Shown: positions 1-14,537 of the stretch, in pieces
Layout: each line of letters opens with the position of its first letter
How positions within the stretch are numbered: position 1 is the stretch's first letter
Assembly (NCBI GenBank): GCA_964016885.1
Contig: OZ024740.1
Location: 330,770,001 to 330,834,000 of the forward strand
Direction: 5' to 3'
Source: Eledone cirrhosa
Taxonomy: Eukaryota
Length of the DNA stretch: 64,000 nucleotides
Notes under the pieces: model-generated
What the model was told of the DNA's origin: nothing
What the model saw: the letters and a program-made list of their open reading frames with translations, nothing else
The model's database searches: none
Position numbers and translations under genes: made by a program

Positions 1-731
1 TTTTTACCGTGGCGGTATCCATCATATTTGAAACCATTTTGGGATGAAAGAAAAAATAATACAAACAATTCTCAAAGTTTATTTCCATGCCTTGTAAATG
101 AAACATGAAACGACACAACCACAACCACTTTAGAAATCTGAAAAACTATGTACAGTGATTTCATTCTGTTTACGTATCACTCAATGGTAAACTAATATTT
201 CTATTTGAATATTATTTGTAAACTGAAGCATAAATGTAGATTATTGTCTATGTGTGTGAGAGAGAGAGTGTGTGTGTTTGAGACAGTGTATGGTGTAGGT
301 TTGTGTGAGATTGCGTGTGTGCGCGTGTATATATATATTCTTCACTCCCTCATTATTAATAATCTTGGAACCGGTTACCTAGGAAATATCTGGAATCGGC
401 CACCGGAAACCCACAATTAAGTAAACATCTTGTCGAGTCAAACAACGTAGCCTGCTAGAATCATTCACTGTATAGAATACTCATAATCTCTACTTGGACT
501 GCCTTATACGATACCTCGTTTACTTATATGTATATTTAACCTGTTAGTTTTTTCGTTGCTCTGGTATTGTGTGTTAGGTTTTGCCTACCACAATGTTCAA
601 ATTGTCAAGCTATTTAAACGTATGTTGTTACTCTAAGGACCTACCCTTATCGAGTGCTTTGCTAACTCATTCATATTGTAGGTCGACTTTGCTTGCCCAC
701 AGCCAAAGCCTCGATTTTGCTAAGCCTCCAC

Positions 732-782
<51 letters not shown>

Positions 783-789
<7 letters not shown>

Positions 790-1240
790 GTGAGGTTTCT
801 TTTACAAAATGAAAAATAACCGAGGTGTCCTACACGAGTGAAAGTTTTAAAAAAATGATGAAATCGAAAATGCAACTGGAGTCTTATTTTTAAAAAATAT
901 ATATATATTTATTTGGTTCCTTTACCGGTTTCATATATGAAAAAACAACCTGACCCCCCTCCCCCCTGTTTGAAGAACTTTGTAACGCGTACTGGCGCGA
1001 AATTTATTATACTTATTGACCAACCAAACAAATTACTTCTCTAAAAACCTGACGTTTCGAGCCACTTTTTTCCATATAAAACCAGTAATATTCAAAGACC
1101 AACCAGATGTGAGAAAAACCACAGACCCTCCATCTCAACTCTACTTTTGAAAAGCAGAAGAACTGCGAAACCTGTAAAGGAACCAAATAAATATATATAT
1201 ATTTTTTTAAATAAGACTCCAGTTGTATTTTCGATTTCAC

Positions 1241-1243
<3 letters not shown>
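783..1243. mobile_element. Inverted pair of PLE pseudo-LTR-like fragments between (TA)n tracts (family A)
   Basis: Part of 783-933 is the reverse complement of ~1166-1243; homologous to 12879-13631; carries a hammerhead motif. Confidence 0.7.
1144..1179 (+). ncRNA. Minimal type-I hammerhead ribozyme, U3-A8 core variant
   Basis: ctt-TTGAAAA-GCAG aagaa CTGC-GAAA-CCTG-TA-aag. Confidence 0.6.
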
Positions 1244-1618
<375 letters not shown>

Positions 1619-3119
1619 AATAGCATTGAAAAAGGGAAATTATGATATTGATTGTATACCTTAGTTAGTGAATTTAGTTGATTGGTGTGACAATTGTCTT
1701 GAGATTTCCTCAACACGCATATATCCCATTCATTCGTTATGGAATATTATTATAAATCTATTGAGATTATAGCATCCTATCTCAGCTATCCATCATGGTA
1801 ATGTACGTAGCATTTCGAAGAATTTAACTGTCACAAAGATTACACACTGTTGATGTGGTTTCTAGAATTACAATTTATAAGACTGTCGTTGTTTGTTCTA
1901 TTCACAAAGATACTCTGCATTTTTATAGTGAATGGCTACTTTGAATCACATCATGAAATAAAAGATTATGGTTTGAATATGTATTTGTTTTGAAACACAG
2001 CGGGGGGGTGGAGTGGGGTGGGGGGTGCAAACCCTTTTCAAAGAATCTAGCTAGATTATATGTGAAATGTACTGAAATTATTCATAGATCACCACAATAA
2101 AACTATGATTCAGAACGTAACATTGATGATAAATAATCACAGATTTCAGAATTCTAAACGAAAGTGATGCTTTCCCATAAGATAATAGTCTTACAAAAGT
2201 TCGTATACTATATGTATATGCAATGTTTCGTATACGGAATATTTTAAGAAGCTGTAATACATTTCAATCATTAATTATATAAGGATGACACTAGCAGCAG
2301 TATGTTTATATACTATATTAACGGTATGACGTTAAACAATATCTGCCAGCAAGAGATCCGATAAGTACGTTTTGACTGGCATAGAACCGCCTCTTAATGT
2401 ATGTTGTTCTCTATTCCAGCCTCACCCATGGTTGTAGCACCTGTGAGTGTCGTATCTATGTGAAAATAGTCAATTAAGCGGATAAAATCAATCATCGACA
2501 CCCCCAAAGTCACCAATAATTTCTAGGTACCTACCTCTTTACAAGTGCAACCAGACGAAGACGTTATAATGAGAGGCCATATCATCAATAATACAGAGGT
2601 TGCAAATATCTTTCAACTGTTGCAATTGAAATCTCATTCGTGAAACGTAGATAGATATGTTCAGCAAACACTGCCACAATAATTGTAACGTTCACAGCAC
2701 CTCAAAGAAACCGTTCGCACCTTATTACATGACAAACCAAATCTTCTGCAAATGACATCCTACATTCCAAAATAAAACGAAGAATATAATAGAAAAGATA
2801 AACTTATTTACCTTATTTAATAAAACTGCAACTCAGTAATTACGAATAGAAAGGTATAACATATGTCGGCTTAAACCCGCTCACTTCAACCTTACAAGAA
2901 TTAAGACATTTTTACATTCAGTGTATATTACAACATATGGTCATTTTTCGGTATCTTATTTTGTTTCAGGTTTCTTAGATGGTATTATGTTTTATGTTAT
3001 GCTGGGCGTGTTAAAATAATCCAATAATACTGATGTGGAGAGCTTATCTTATCAATATATTTAAAAGGGTCAGTAAAAGATTGAAGAATGTTCACTCAGC
3101 AATAAGAGGAACATTATTT

Positions 3120-3232
3120 GTCAAATCCCGCCGAGGTTAACTTTGCCTTTCATCCTTACGGGGTCGATAAAATAAAGTACCAGTAATACACTGGGTGATT
3201 GCTGGCCTTGTGCCTAACGTAGAAACAATTAT
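3120..3232 (+). mobile_element. 5'-truncated tRNA-derived SINE (Meta-domain-like core)
   Basis: Near identical to 18746-18860; core ttgcctttcatccttacggggtcgataaaataaagtacc. Confidence 0.8.
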
Positions 3233-3642
3233 TTGTCAAAGTAATTATATCGAGACCGTATCTTTTCTATTTCTGATAAGCTGAATTTAACAATACATTA
3301 GGTATTTCAACCAGGCCAGCAAAACATATGTTTCTAATAGCTCTGTTTAAATCCGTATCTCACTCTACATAATATTAAGGGCTTCGTTCGAACAAAATAA
3401 CCTCTTCTTCAACTGATGTTGATATATGCACCCCCGCCCCCGCCCCCCCTTCTTTAACCAGTCCGTATAATTGGATTCAGCTGCATCCCACTGAAAGCCA
3501 ATTCAGGTTGAAACACATTATTTCTAATTTCAAATTACTTTCACATATACATGCAGTCAGTGAAAGGTATAATTTCTACAATATAAAGAGAGTCCAATTG
3601 TTACAGCATGTCTTCAAGTCAGGCCTTCGATTGTCATTTTAT

Positions 3643-3785
<143 letters not shown>

Positions 3786-4097
3786 ACCTGTCTGGAACTA
3801 CATGCCTCCTACAGTACCAACGTATAATGTTCAAATCTTAAAATATTACCTCTCATGACTGAATTTAGAGATTAATTAACCTTTAATTAATATTAAACTA
3901 CTCCTTAATTTGCCGAGTTGTACCAGACGGTTTTTGGCTACTATTTCTAGCGGCATTAAAAACCTGTAGCTGAGTCCTAATACGTTAAGAGGTATTTTAT
4001 TCCTGGTGTATTAAGTGTACCTATTTAGGTTATAAAATTACGTATGTAAATCCTCTTTTATTTATTTCGCAGAATTGGAATAAAAAATGTTCCTGAT

Positions 4098-4287
4098 TTA
4101 GGCATAAAGCTAGAAAGTCTAGGGGACGAGAATGTCGATAAAATCGACCCTAGTGTATTAAGATTTATTTATCGAACATGTAAGGATGAAAGGCCAAGCT
4201 AACCTCGGCTGGATTCAGACGGTAAGGTGCCGTAACTATGTTACAAAGTATAGTGTTCGACACTCCACCGATACTGCCAATCCGCCA
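4098..4287 (-). mobile_element. Degenerate copy of the same tRNA-derived SINE
   Basis: Reverse complement reads ggcggattggcagtatcgg...gcctttcatccttac...tcgataaa. Confidence 0.65.
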
Positions 4288-5351
4288 CTCTCAGAATCGA
4301 ATTAATGATAAAGTTTACTGATTGTAATATGATATATCAAATTCAATAAAATATAAGTTTAAGTTGAGAGACAATCAATTTAGAATTAAACGAGTGACAA
4401 TTAAAATATATAAATAAATATCTCGGAGAGTGAATCATATGTTCACATTCTTGTATAGCTATGTAAATTACCTTATAATTTAACTATATTTGCAAGATTA
4501 TATTCATTTGAATGCCACGGGCATACACATTGCACAATAGCCTATACCGTGAGATTAAAAATTGAACTGAAAATTTGAGTTTTGTTGAATGATTCTTAGA
4601 TGAAATATTCGTTTGTAAATTTCCGAAAATAATACATACTTCAGAGAGTGTCCATGGCCGAGATTTACACATTATTATTAAGTTGAAATTCCAATCTCTT
4701 CCATGACTAATAATTTTGCATGAAATATAGCTAAATTCCAGTTAGTAATATTTCATAATAGGTTAAATTGGTTGAAAATACTTTGTAGTATTAGTAAGAA
4801 TTTTCAGTGAATATGTGAATATGTTACAAGCGCAACACATTATATTTCAAATTAATTTTAAGATTTATTAGATGTGCAATCTCCAGATGGAAAGTGATTG
4901 ATTGGTTCAATATCAGGTATGTTTTTCAATAGAACAGATGAATGAATAATGGGTGCTACAAGGGAATATAAAGTATAACCTATTTTAATAAAGCATGAAT
5001 TTTATTAACAAAGTTATATAATTGAAGAAAGAAGTGGGATTAAGGAGGAGTTTAAAGTGTTTTAAAATTAATCAAACTTACGGGTGCACACTTTTATAAA
5101 ATCAATTTGTTTGTATACGCGTGGGTGTAGGTGACTGCGTGTGTGTGATTATGTGCTCGTATATATCTGTGTGCGTATTTGTGTAAGAATGTACTTGTTT
5201 ATTTCTGTGTGATTCATGGCTTTTTCAATTTCTATAATTATCCCTAAATGTTTATGAATCGAATAGGCTTTGGTTAGTTAATATAAAGGCAATCAGATGA
5301 AGTACATGGTTCATACATACATGCGCACATGGATACCGACATACTAACTAT

Positions 5352-5930
5352 ATACTGGGTGTGGTGGTGTTTGGGGGAGAAACTCCCTATTTAACATGTT
5401 TTTATCATTTTATTACGTTTTGGTCGATATTCAGAAAAATTGATTTATGTAGAACAGTACAATGGCAGAATTACAGTATAGTTTTAGAATTTCATATAGA
5501 CACCCACGTTGGACACCAGCATTTGGAAACGTCTGGGTATATCCTCGAATATCTTCATCGGGAACTCAGGTTGTATGCTGGTCTGTACAAGAAAAACGCG
5601 TTCCTCTCATTGAGTCTTTGGTTTTGTGCGTTGAGATTCTTCCTTCTCCAACACTCCTGGACAAAATCTCATTCTGTTAACTTTATAACTATTGCTGACC
5701 ATCCATAATGATTTCAACGTTCCAGCCAATTTCCTAGAAAGTTGACATCAAAGCGCTCATGGACAATGCATACAAAATTAAGAGTGGGCTTCTTCCATGA
5801 ATATTGATGTGCAAAAATTCTAAGTAATTTTAAAGGGGGTGTTTCTTCAACGTTGGGCTGAAAGGCTATGATCCCGGAAATGACACCGCACACCCATCTC
5901 GCTCATGCATAATAGTCCTGAAAGTAACTT
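5352..5930 (-). mobile_element. Possible highly decayed Tc1/mariner-type transposon
   Basis: TA-TACTGGGTG terminus; broken minus-strand frames resembling a transposase C-terminus (GVLEKE...IPRRFQMLV). Confidence 0.3.
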
Positions 5931-8900
5931 ATCCCTTAAGCACTCTCATGTGCCGGTTGTGTCCAGCGACAGAACTACAAATTAATATGTCATATTGGTT
6001 CTAGTCTCTTAATTATCAATGCTTTTAAAGTAGCTGAAGTTATATCAATGTGTTGCATTTCTACATATTTTCAGTTTTTCTTAACGTATTCGAAATTGGA
6101 TATACGTCGTTATTTCCATCATCCTATCCATTTTTCGATCATTCCTTTCCTTTTTAGTCAGAGATTTCACGTTTGCATGTTAACTGTGTTCTATTTTTCC
6201 ATATTTTTTATTTGTTCACTTCTATGTTGCTCTTTATTTCTCCATTCTGTACATACACATAAATGCTCACATTCCCACTTCAGATTTACGATTGTAATCA
6301 ATCTAGTTAAAACCTTTACAATTTTTCCTATTTTACATAATTGAATTTTCTCAAATTATTTCTAATTTATTTACCTCATGATCGTATTCAAACCTGCTAT
6401 CCATATTGTGTTATGACTTTTGCAAGTTTCAAAAAACAAATAAACAAAAGAAAACTAAACAAAAGAATAGACCCCCCCCCTAAAAAAAGAATATTTATAT
6501 TATATGTAATTTTCCATCATGTCATCTTCAGTTGTCCACGCTTGTAAATGTATTGGTAATTAGAATATAGCTTTTGTACCAATTTAATTTATTTCACAAA
6601 ATTGAACTGTCAGTTAGGAACCTCGTTTCCATTATCTAAATCATAACAACTGGCGCTATTGTCGGAGTTTTTCCCCTTCCTAATATATTGTATAATTTCT
6701 TCTTACAAATTTAACATCAAACGTACTTCTAGTCTCATGAGCCCCAAATAATTATTTTTCTCTCTTTTTCATACCATAATATCAAACGTTCCTGTCTCGG
6801 AGAATATTTGTGCGCAGTATATTTCAAGATATTCGATTTTGCTTCTAGATTCAGCAAACTTCCATAATTGTTTAGACTACTATTACATTTCCAATCCTAA
6901 TCAATTAATAATTCGTCTATTCTTGCCTAGAATTAGTGCCTGAATCAGTCGCAAGATATTGATTTCTCCCTCCTATTCATTTCACATTTTATTACAATCC
7001 AGTTTATGTACATATTGAGATACCGATACATTTCTTCTCTGTACCATACAAATGATGTGCCGTACAACATTTCGTTATAATAGAGCTCAGCCAATATATA
7101 ATTCATTTGTATTTCAAGCTATTCTAGTATTGCAACACCTAGGATTTGGTATTCCATCTACAATAGTTCTTTTAAAATGTCCGATTAAATAAATACTTCG
7201 TTGAAATTAGTCGTGTTTCTATTTTGCCCAAATTTGTTTAGCATTACTTTTTGTTATATAAACGACTACAAACATTTCGCTAAAAATATATTTGATTTTG
7301 GAGTCCGTTCAGAAATGTTTAAGATGCTAAGAGAGTATTCGATATCCATGTGCCTCAGATTGAAATATAAGTGATACGCTACTCAATTAAGAGTTTGTTT
7401 CAGCTCACAACGGTGCAGCCGAAGACAGATTTAATTTTCAACATGAGAACTTCGAGAAAATAGTAGAATGAAAATTAACCTGTTTCTTAGAACAACGAAA
7501 GAGTAACCGTATTTCAATTTTTCCCTTGCAGTATGTCTTGCATCATGCACTGATAATATCTATTGCTCCAGATGTAACCTAAGATTTGTTTATAAACAGC
7601 AAGCCCTTTTAGAACGTTAGACGTTTTGCCTTAATGAATAGTGTATATTAACCCTAGCCACCAAGATCGTATTCTCGCGGTGTAAATTTAGCTTTCAATA
7701 GTTACGAAGTGAATAAATAAACTACAACTCTTCATCAGCGAATACATTTATCTATTATGTCAGCTTTAAATCTAAATTTCTTTTTTACCCTGTCAAAATG
7801 AATTAATGTCAACGTATATTTAGTAATTTTATAAGTAAAAACGTTGTAATTTCAATGACACTTTGACATGAGACGGAATTGATTGTGGCTAAAAGAATTT
7901 CACCATATATAATTTAAATCAAATATATAAATTCGTAAAGAATTATGTATATACATGTTAAAAGAAACACATTATGTTTTGTAGGGATATATTTTTGTAA
8001 AATATCATATTATGTATGATGAGGTGCAAGTGATCAAACTGTAGATATGATGAGCAACCTGATGAACGATCAGTTGAGCATGCAACTTATGAATTGGCGT
8101 ATATGTGGTTTCAAATTTCACTGGCAATGTTACCTCTACTGTAATTTACTGTAGTTCCTAGACAGAATTGACGTGAGAATATATGGCACACTACTGAAGA
8201 TTTGAATTACAGGAACAGTCTATTTCACTAGCTTTCGCACGGATTTCCTATATCCAATGACATTCGCAAGGCATTAATGGACATGAGACTGTGGTATGTA
8301 ACTCAAGACTTTATTATTGCGAAAAGATGAGAGACTACTTATTTGACCAATACTTAGTAAGAATACATTTCACCAACATCGATTAAATGATGTGCAACAC
8401 ACAAATTAAAAGAACAAAACTATAAGAAATACAGGATGAATAGAGATTAACAAAAGTTACATAACTTGTTATATAATATATGTCACAGCATATACACATC
8501 TGGTCATTTGATATCAAAGTTTAATCGATCATCTTGTACATTGTATATGTCACATTGCAATTATTTTAATTAAGTTATGTAAATCAATGTCTGCGTGAGG
8601 AATTGCATTTCTATAAACGTATAATTAACAGTGAGGAAGACAGAAACAAAAACGTGATGGGAAATAAAACATGAAAGATGGAAACAATATTAGAAATTGC
8701 TGCTTTATTTTAAGTATATATATAAGGGAAAACGATAAGATGAGTGACTGACGCTTTCTAATATACTTCTTCCAGTTGAAAACTCTAGTTGTGTATTGCA
8801 TATGATTACATAAAATTACGTAACTAATTTTCAGCAGACCATGAAACAAAAATTGTCACCCTGTGAAAATATTTAAAGACATATAACAAATATGAAATTA

Positions 8901-10207
8901 GATACAGTAATTGCGATTCGTATATTACGAAGAATTCGTGTTTTTTTTTATAGAATATCACACTCTATATCAGTGGGAAGTAATTCTTTTCGACCTCTTT
9001 CACTGTACTTTTTCTTCAAATCTAGTCGTTTCCAACTGGTATTTTGGCCCTACACGATGATAACACGTAAAAAAAGATTCTAGGAAAGAATGCGAGAAGG
9101 GAGAACAAACCCAACCCTTTCCTTTCTCCGGGAAAACGTTGAATGCCAGAAACTTTGATGTTAGATTAACTGATAGCAAACGGAAGATACGGGGATTTTT
9201 CTCCCACTGAGGTTGTGTGGGTTGTTCCATAAATTTACCGAAGTTATATATTGATTACACCCATATGAGCAATACTATAAAAATATACATAATTCTGACT
9301 TTGAGGTAATGAACTCCCTGCTTATAGGATTTGAATTCTATTTCCCATGTAATAGATACATGTATGATATGATTACATAATAGTGCCTGTACCATTAGCT
9401 TCTCCTTAATATGAAAATGCTGTTCGCGGAAATGATATAATTCTAATCTGAAACTAGAAAAACTACTGGAGGTTTCAAAACATCAACAAATATGTGTTAC
9501 CTCATATAAAGCAGAATATACACGTTTACGAATGTCATTCGTTTGTCTATGAATTAACTTAGATTGAAAATAGTGTCTTTAATTGAAAATATATCTTTTT
9601 TTTTAGATTGGTGAAAGAAAAACCATAATATGGATCAGTTGTTTTAACTATTTCCTGAAAGACAAGAGATGACATATATCGCAGTTGAAAAAATATACGA
9701 ACACTCGTAACAGCTGTGTTCTCAGTAATATAATTAAGGTCTTTTAGAAATGTATTGTTATCTTTCAAACGTTTTCAGTATGTTGTTGTACGCCTATGCT
9801 TCTAAATCATAATCGTGAAACCGTGCTCAATGATATAGTTCATTAGAATAGATTCCCACGTATCAACATAATATCTTGTTTTCTCTCTAGACACTCATTT
9901 TGTTTCTTTTTTTGCTTTGTATTCAGTTGATTTTGTTCGTCCTTTAGAGTGAAGCGGACAGTTTATATGTACAATACAATGTGCATATATACTGTTGAAT
10001 ACTGTTCGAGCGAGTCATTTTGACTTTGTTAACGTACTATGCAGTTTTTAAAACTATCTGTTGAACTGCTGGCTGACATTATTCAATGTTACAAAAAAAA
10101 CCTTCAAATTATTGCTAGGTATATAAATGTATTTTAAAAATAAAATAGAGATTAATCTTGTTGATATAAATTTCCCAAATAGATACACACATAGGCGTAA
10201 GTATACG

Positions 10208-10248
<41 letters not shown>

Positions 10249-10274
10249 GTGTGTGTGTGTATGTGTGCGTGTAT

Positions 10275-10770
10275 TATTTTGGCTAAAGACAATTTAGCCT
10301 TATAGTAGGGTTTAGAACCCTCTAAGAAATGGAAAAAGATGAGTATTGCCGTTCATGGGAGTCGAACCCACATCATTTGTTATCCAGACCACAATGCTAC
10401 CATTGCACCAACACATCACCCATTGAAGTTAGAAGCTACATTCTTAGAAAGTATTATAACAAGTAAGTATGTTTTGAAACAGCGAGCGATTTTGAAATTA
10501 GAAATAGAAGTTTTTGCCGTAATACTCACTAAGAATATAGCTTATAATTTGAATGGAAGAAGATGGGTGATGTGGTGATGTAATGGTAGCACAATGGTCT
10601 GCATAACCAAAGAAGTGTCTTTCTTCTCACATGTGCGTCAATACTCATCTTTTTCCATTTCTTAAAGGGTTCTAACCCCAACTATCTGGCCAAAATTTCT
10701 GTAGTAAATAAATAAGGCGAAACCTATTTCTAATTTCAAACTCGCTCGCTGCTTTAAAACATAGTTACTA
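10275..10770. mobile_element. Inverted, permuted non-coding repeat with tRNA-like segment
   Basis: 10302-10445 is the reverse complement of ~10530-10685; 10463-10520 of ~10715-10770; minus strand has TGGTGCAATGG (A box) and GGTTCGACTCC (B box). Confidence 0.6.
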
Positions 10771-11128
10771 TATATATACAGAAAATCTGAATAAAGTCTA
10801 AAAAACATATGTATGCTTCCTAAGGTTTCAAACTTTATCAAGCACAGAAGAGAGACCATCTCTATCTGTTAGCTTACTTATCTTCAGGCAAATCTAAGAT
10901 AGCTGAACGTTATTTCATATATTATATATTGAATATAAGGGAAGTAATGGGATAATAAAATGTGATATTCAAAGGAAGCAACTCATATGTCTGGATGTTA
11001 TGCATATAGATATATATTTGTATTTGTTATATACACAGAGACACACACTTACACACATACACTAAGAAACACACACACACACAGAGTCACACACACACAC
11101 ATACACACACACGCACACGCACACATTT

Positions 11129-11199
<71 letters not shown>

Positions 11200-11449
11200 A
11201 ATATATATATATATATACATATTACAATATAATATTTCGATTGTAATTCTTATTTTTAAAGTATCAATATTCTCTCTACGTCTGTATATGTGTGTGTCTA
11301 TATAGAGTTGGGCTGCACTATGTCTAATGGTTATGTATTATTTATGTGTAATTTATTTATGTGATTTATCACGTTTAGCAATATTTGGGTTTAGTTTGAT
11401 GCGAACGTATGTAAGACTTAAATGGAAATGTTGACAATGGTGGTTGTAA

Positions 11450-12480
11450 TATAGTGGGTTTTTTTTACTACGAGCTCGTGTTCTTCCCTGCCGAGAGGAT
11501 GTGTGATTCCTCTAAAATACTCAGGTTTAGTATTTAGTCATTTCTTTGAGGAGTCAGACCCTGCAATATTCTAAATATTTCAATTAAACATAGTGAACAA
11601 CTATTACTTCCTTTCCAATAAGAGCGTCGCACATCCAGAATATTCCAGTTAGATGTGTTTGAAATCCCTTTATCCTATGGATACATACCCGAATATCTAG
11701 AGCCATGGCCCTCCTTATATCTGCCGGTGTGAATAGCGTGAATGCTTGAAACAGTCGTGCATCAAATGCATATATCACTCTCTTGTATCTGTGTGTATGG
11801 TAATTGTTGGTACGACAATGACTTCAAATGCAACCGATATGTTGCTACATTTTTGTTGCGGAGAGCATTCTTCTTTGATTATGCATGAACAGCCCGGCTT
11901 TACATACGATCCATTCTTATTTGCAATGTTTTCCTCAATATGAGAATTACAGGAGAAGCTGATATTTACTCATTGTCTGTTGAAGACTTTCCTATATCTC
12001 CGTTCAAGGTATATATCTGTAAGAAATGTCAAACTCATTTAGACTCCATTGCTAGCGAGTAGAAGTTATAAATCCAATTAAATTTTTTACCAATTTTGAT
12101 GTGTATTTTGAATGCTGGCATCTGGTATATGTTAAATCTTATCTAGGAAGAAAGTATCCGTAACTACTTTATTACAGTATGGGTCTGGTCGATCAACTAT
12201 CTTTCTGGAGTAATGTAAGGTGGAGATCCTTCGGCAACTATTGGGTTTTAGATTTAGAGTGGCAGGATATTCTATTAAAAGACTTACTTTTTTGTTAGCC
12301 TCATAAAAAGGGTTTTGGATACCAGTAGCTATGTCCAAGATTATATCTAAGAATTTGGTATTAATATATTTAATAGCTAAGGCAATTTTAATATCCAAGT
12401 TACTAAAGGTAAACAGTAGTAATTTGGGGAAATGATTCAGGGAATCTCCATTGCAGGTAGAGATTAAAATGCATGTGTAG
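11450..12480 (-). pseudogene. Decayed PLE RT/GIY-YIG remnant
   Basis: KFLDIILDIATGIQNPFY resembles NFLDVTLDLENDLYYPY of the intact PLE; many stops and frameshifts. Confidence 0.55.
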
Positions 12481-12613
12481 CGAATTTTCCTTTAAGTATA
12501 TGAAGGACAAAAAAGCCATACTAAATTGTACACATCCTTATATATATATTTATATATATGTATGTGTGTGTATGTATGTGTGTGTGTGTGCTTGTGCGCG
12601 TATGTGCGTGTGA

Positions 12614-12696
<83 letters not shown>

Positions 12697-12747
12697 TATA
12701 TATATATGAGAGTATTGAAGTTTGCTTGAAGCATTGTGGAATAATAA

Positions 12748-12865
12748 GGTAAATGTCTTTAAGTCGTTTGGAAGCCTCGACAATGCAGATGGGTAAATCT
12801 CCGGGGATTTGCCCATTTACCCATCTGCATTGTCGAGGCTTCCAAACGACTTAAAGAAATTTACC
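12748..12865. repeat. Near-perfect palindrome (~52 bp arms)
   Basis: ggtaaatgtctttaagtcg...gatgggtaaat / atttacccatc...cgacttaaagaaatttacc. Confidence 0.9.
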
Positions 12866-12878
12866 ATATATATATATA

Positions 12879-13631
12879 TTAGAAAGTGAGTTTTTTTTAC
12901 AAAATGAAAAATATCCGGTGTCCTACACGAGTGAAAGTATAAGGAAAAAAGATGAAATCGAAAATGTAACTGGAGTCTTATTTAAAAAATATATATATAT
13001 ATATTTATTTGGTTCCTTTGCCAGTTTCGCAGGTCTTCTGCTTTTCAAAAGTAGAGTTGAGATGGAGGATCTGTGGTTTTTCTCACATCTGGTTGGTCTT
13101 TGAATGTTACTTATGTTTTATATTGAAAAAAAGTGGCTCGAAACGCCAGGTTTTTGGAGAAGTAATTTGATTGGTTGGTGAATAAGAATAATAAATTTCG
13201 CGCCAGTTGGTGTTACAAAGTACTTCAAACAAATTTGGGGCTCAGGTTGTTTTTCCATTTATGAGTGAAGTTTGGTTGGTTGATGCAGTCACGTGAATAA
13301 GCACATCAGCCTTCGGGCCAGTTTGTTTGAATTTCTTTTTACTTTGTTTGAAGAACTTTGTAACGCGAACTGGCGCGAAATTTATTATACTTATTCACCA
13401 AACGATCAAATTACTTCTTTAAAAACCTGGCGTTTCGAGTCATCTTTTTCCATATAAAACAAGTAACATTCAAAGACCAACCTGATGTGAGAAAAAACAC
13501 TGACCCTTCATCTCAACTCTATTTTTGATAAGCAGAAGAACTGCGAAACCGGTAAAGGAACCAAATAAATATATATATCTTTTTAAAAATAAGACTCTAG
13601 TTGCATTTTCTATTTCATCCTTTTTCCTTAT
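12879..13631. mobile_element. Inverted pair of family A pseudo-LTR-like fragments
   Basis: ~12940-13230 is the reverse complement of ~13345-13631; flanked by (TA)n; HHR motifs at 13016-13051 (-, mutated GCA triplet) and 13522-13557 (+). Confidence 0.75.
13522..13557 (+). ncRNA. Minimal type-I hammerhead ribozyme, U3-A8 variant with palindromic CCGG loop 3
   Basis: ttt-TTGATAA-GCAG aagaa CTGC-GAAA-CCGG-TA-aag. Confidence 0.7.
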
Positions 13632-14426
13632 GTATATATATATATATATACATCCATACATCGATAAATGCATCCATATATATATACATCGATACATCGA
13701 AACATACATGCATAAATACATATATACAAACATATTTACATATGCCCACAAATACACAGACACTCAGACACACATACACACATGACAAACCCCCCCCCCA
13801 CACACACACACACACAAGTGCGCGCGTGTGTGTGTGTGAGTGTGTGTGTATGTATACATGTATCAAGAAATTATATATATATATTATCAGACTGAGTCTA
13901 TTACATTGGAGAATCTTAAGCAATTGTGTCATTGAACTTATGCGAGTTGGAACTTCACTTGGAAAGTTCATTGAAGTACTATACGTTTGAATTTGATTTA
14001 GATGATTGTATCGCATTATATTCTTTTCATTCTTGCTATTTAATCTTGATACGTTGAAGATATATTTGGTAAATATAAGGATTACTGTTCTGTGTATATT
14101 CTAAACGTATCTAAACGTTAGATTCTATCAGTGATATGAGCAATATTGTCGGAAGTTAATCTCCTTTAGCGCACGTTTCGAAGCATCTTATTCTAAAGAT
14201 ACTGTCTAAAACAAAGCGCATTTCCTTTGAATCAATTATAGTTTGCTTCAAGGATATAACTAACCAACACGTGGTTTAAAATATATTCTTAGCAACTAAT
14301 AATGATAATTCTTTTATTTTCTTAAATTAGGATTATCAATTTACATGATCTTTAAGCTTAATTGTTACGAAGACAGTTCTCCGTTTTCTTTAGACATCTC
14401 TATTTGTATGAGAGCTATACACAAAA

Positions 14427-14477
14427 ACACACACACATACACCCACACACCCACACACACACACGCACACACACACA

Positions 14478-14520
<43 letters not shown>

Positions 14521-14537
14521 ACACACACACACACACT
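14427..14537. repeat. (CA)n microsatellite
   Basis: Direct reading. Confidence 0.95.

Noticed and set aside
1040-1100. Opposite-strand hammerhead half (CGAAACGTCAGG) in family A
   Set aside because: No correctly placed CUGANGA or UUGANAA core found
6560-7500. Possible very old LINE RT remnant
   Set aside because: Too degraded to support a call
7685-7745. CTGATGA...GAAA on the minus strand
   Set aside because: No stem I or convincing stem II pairing
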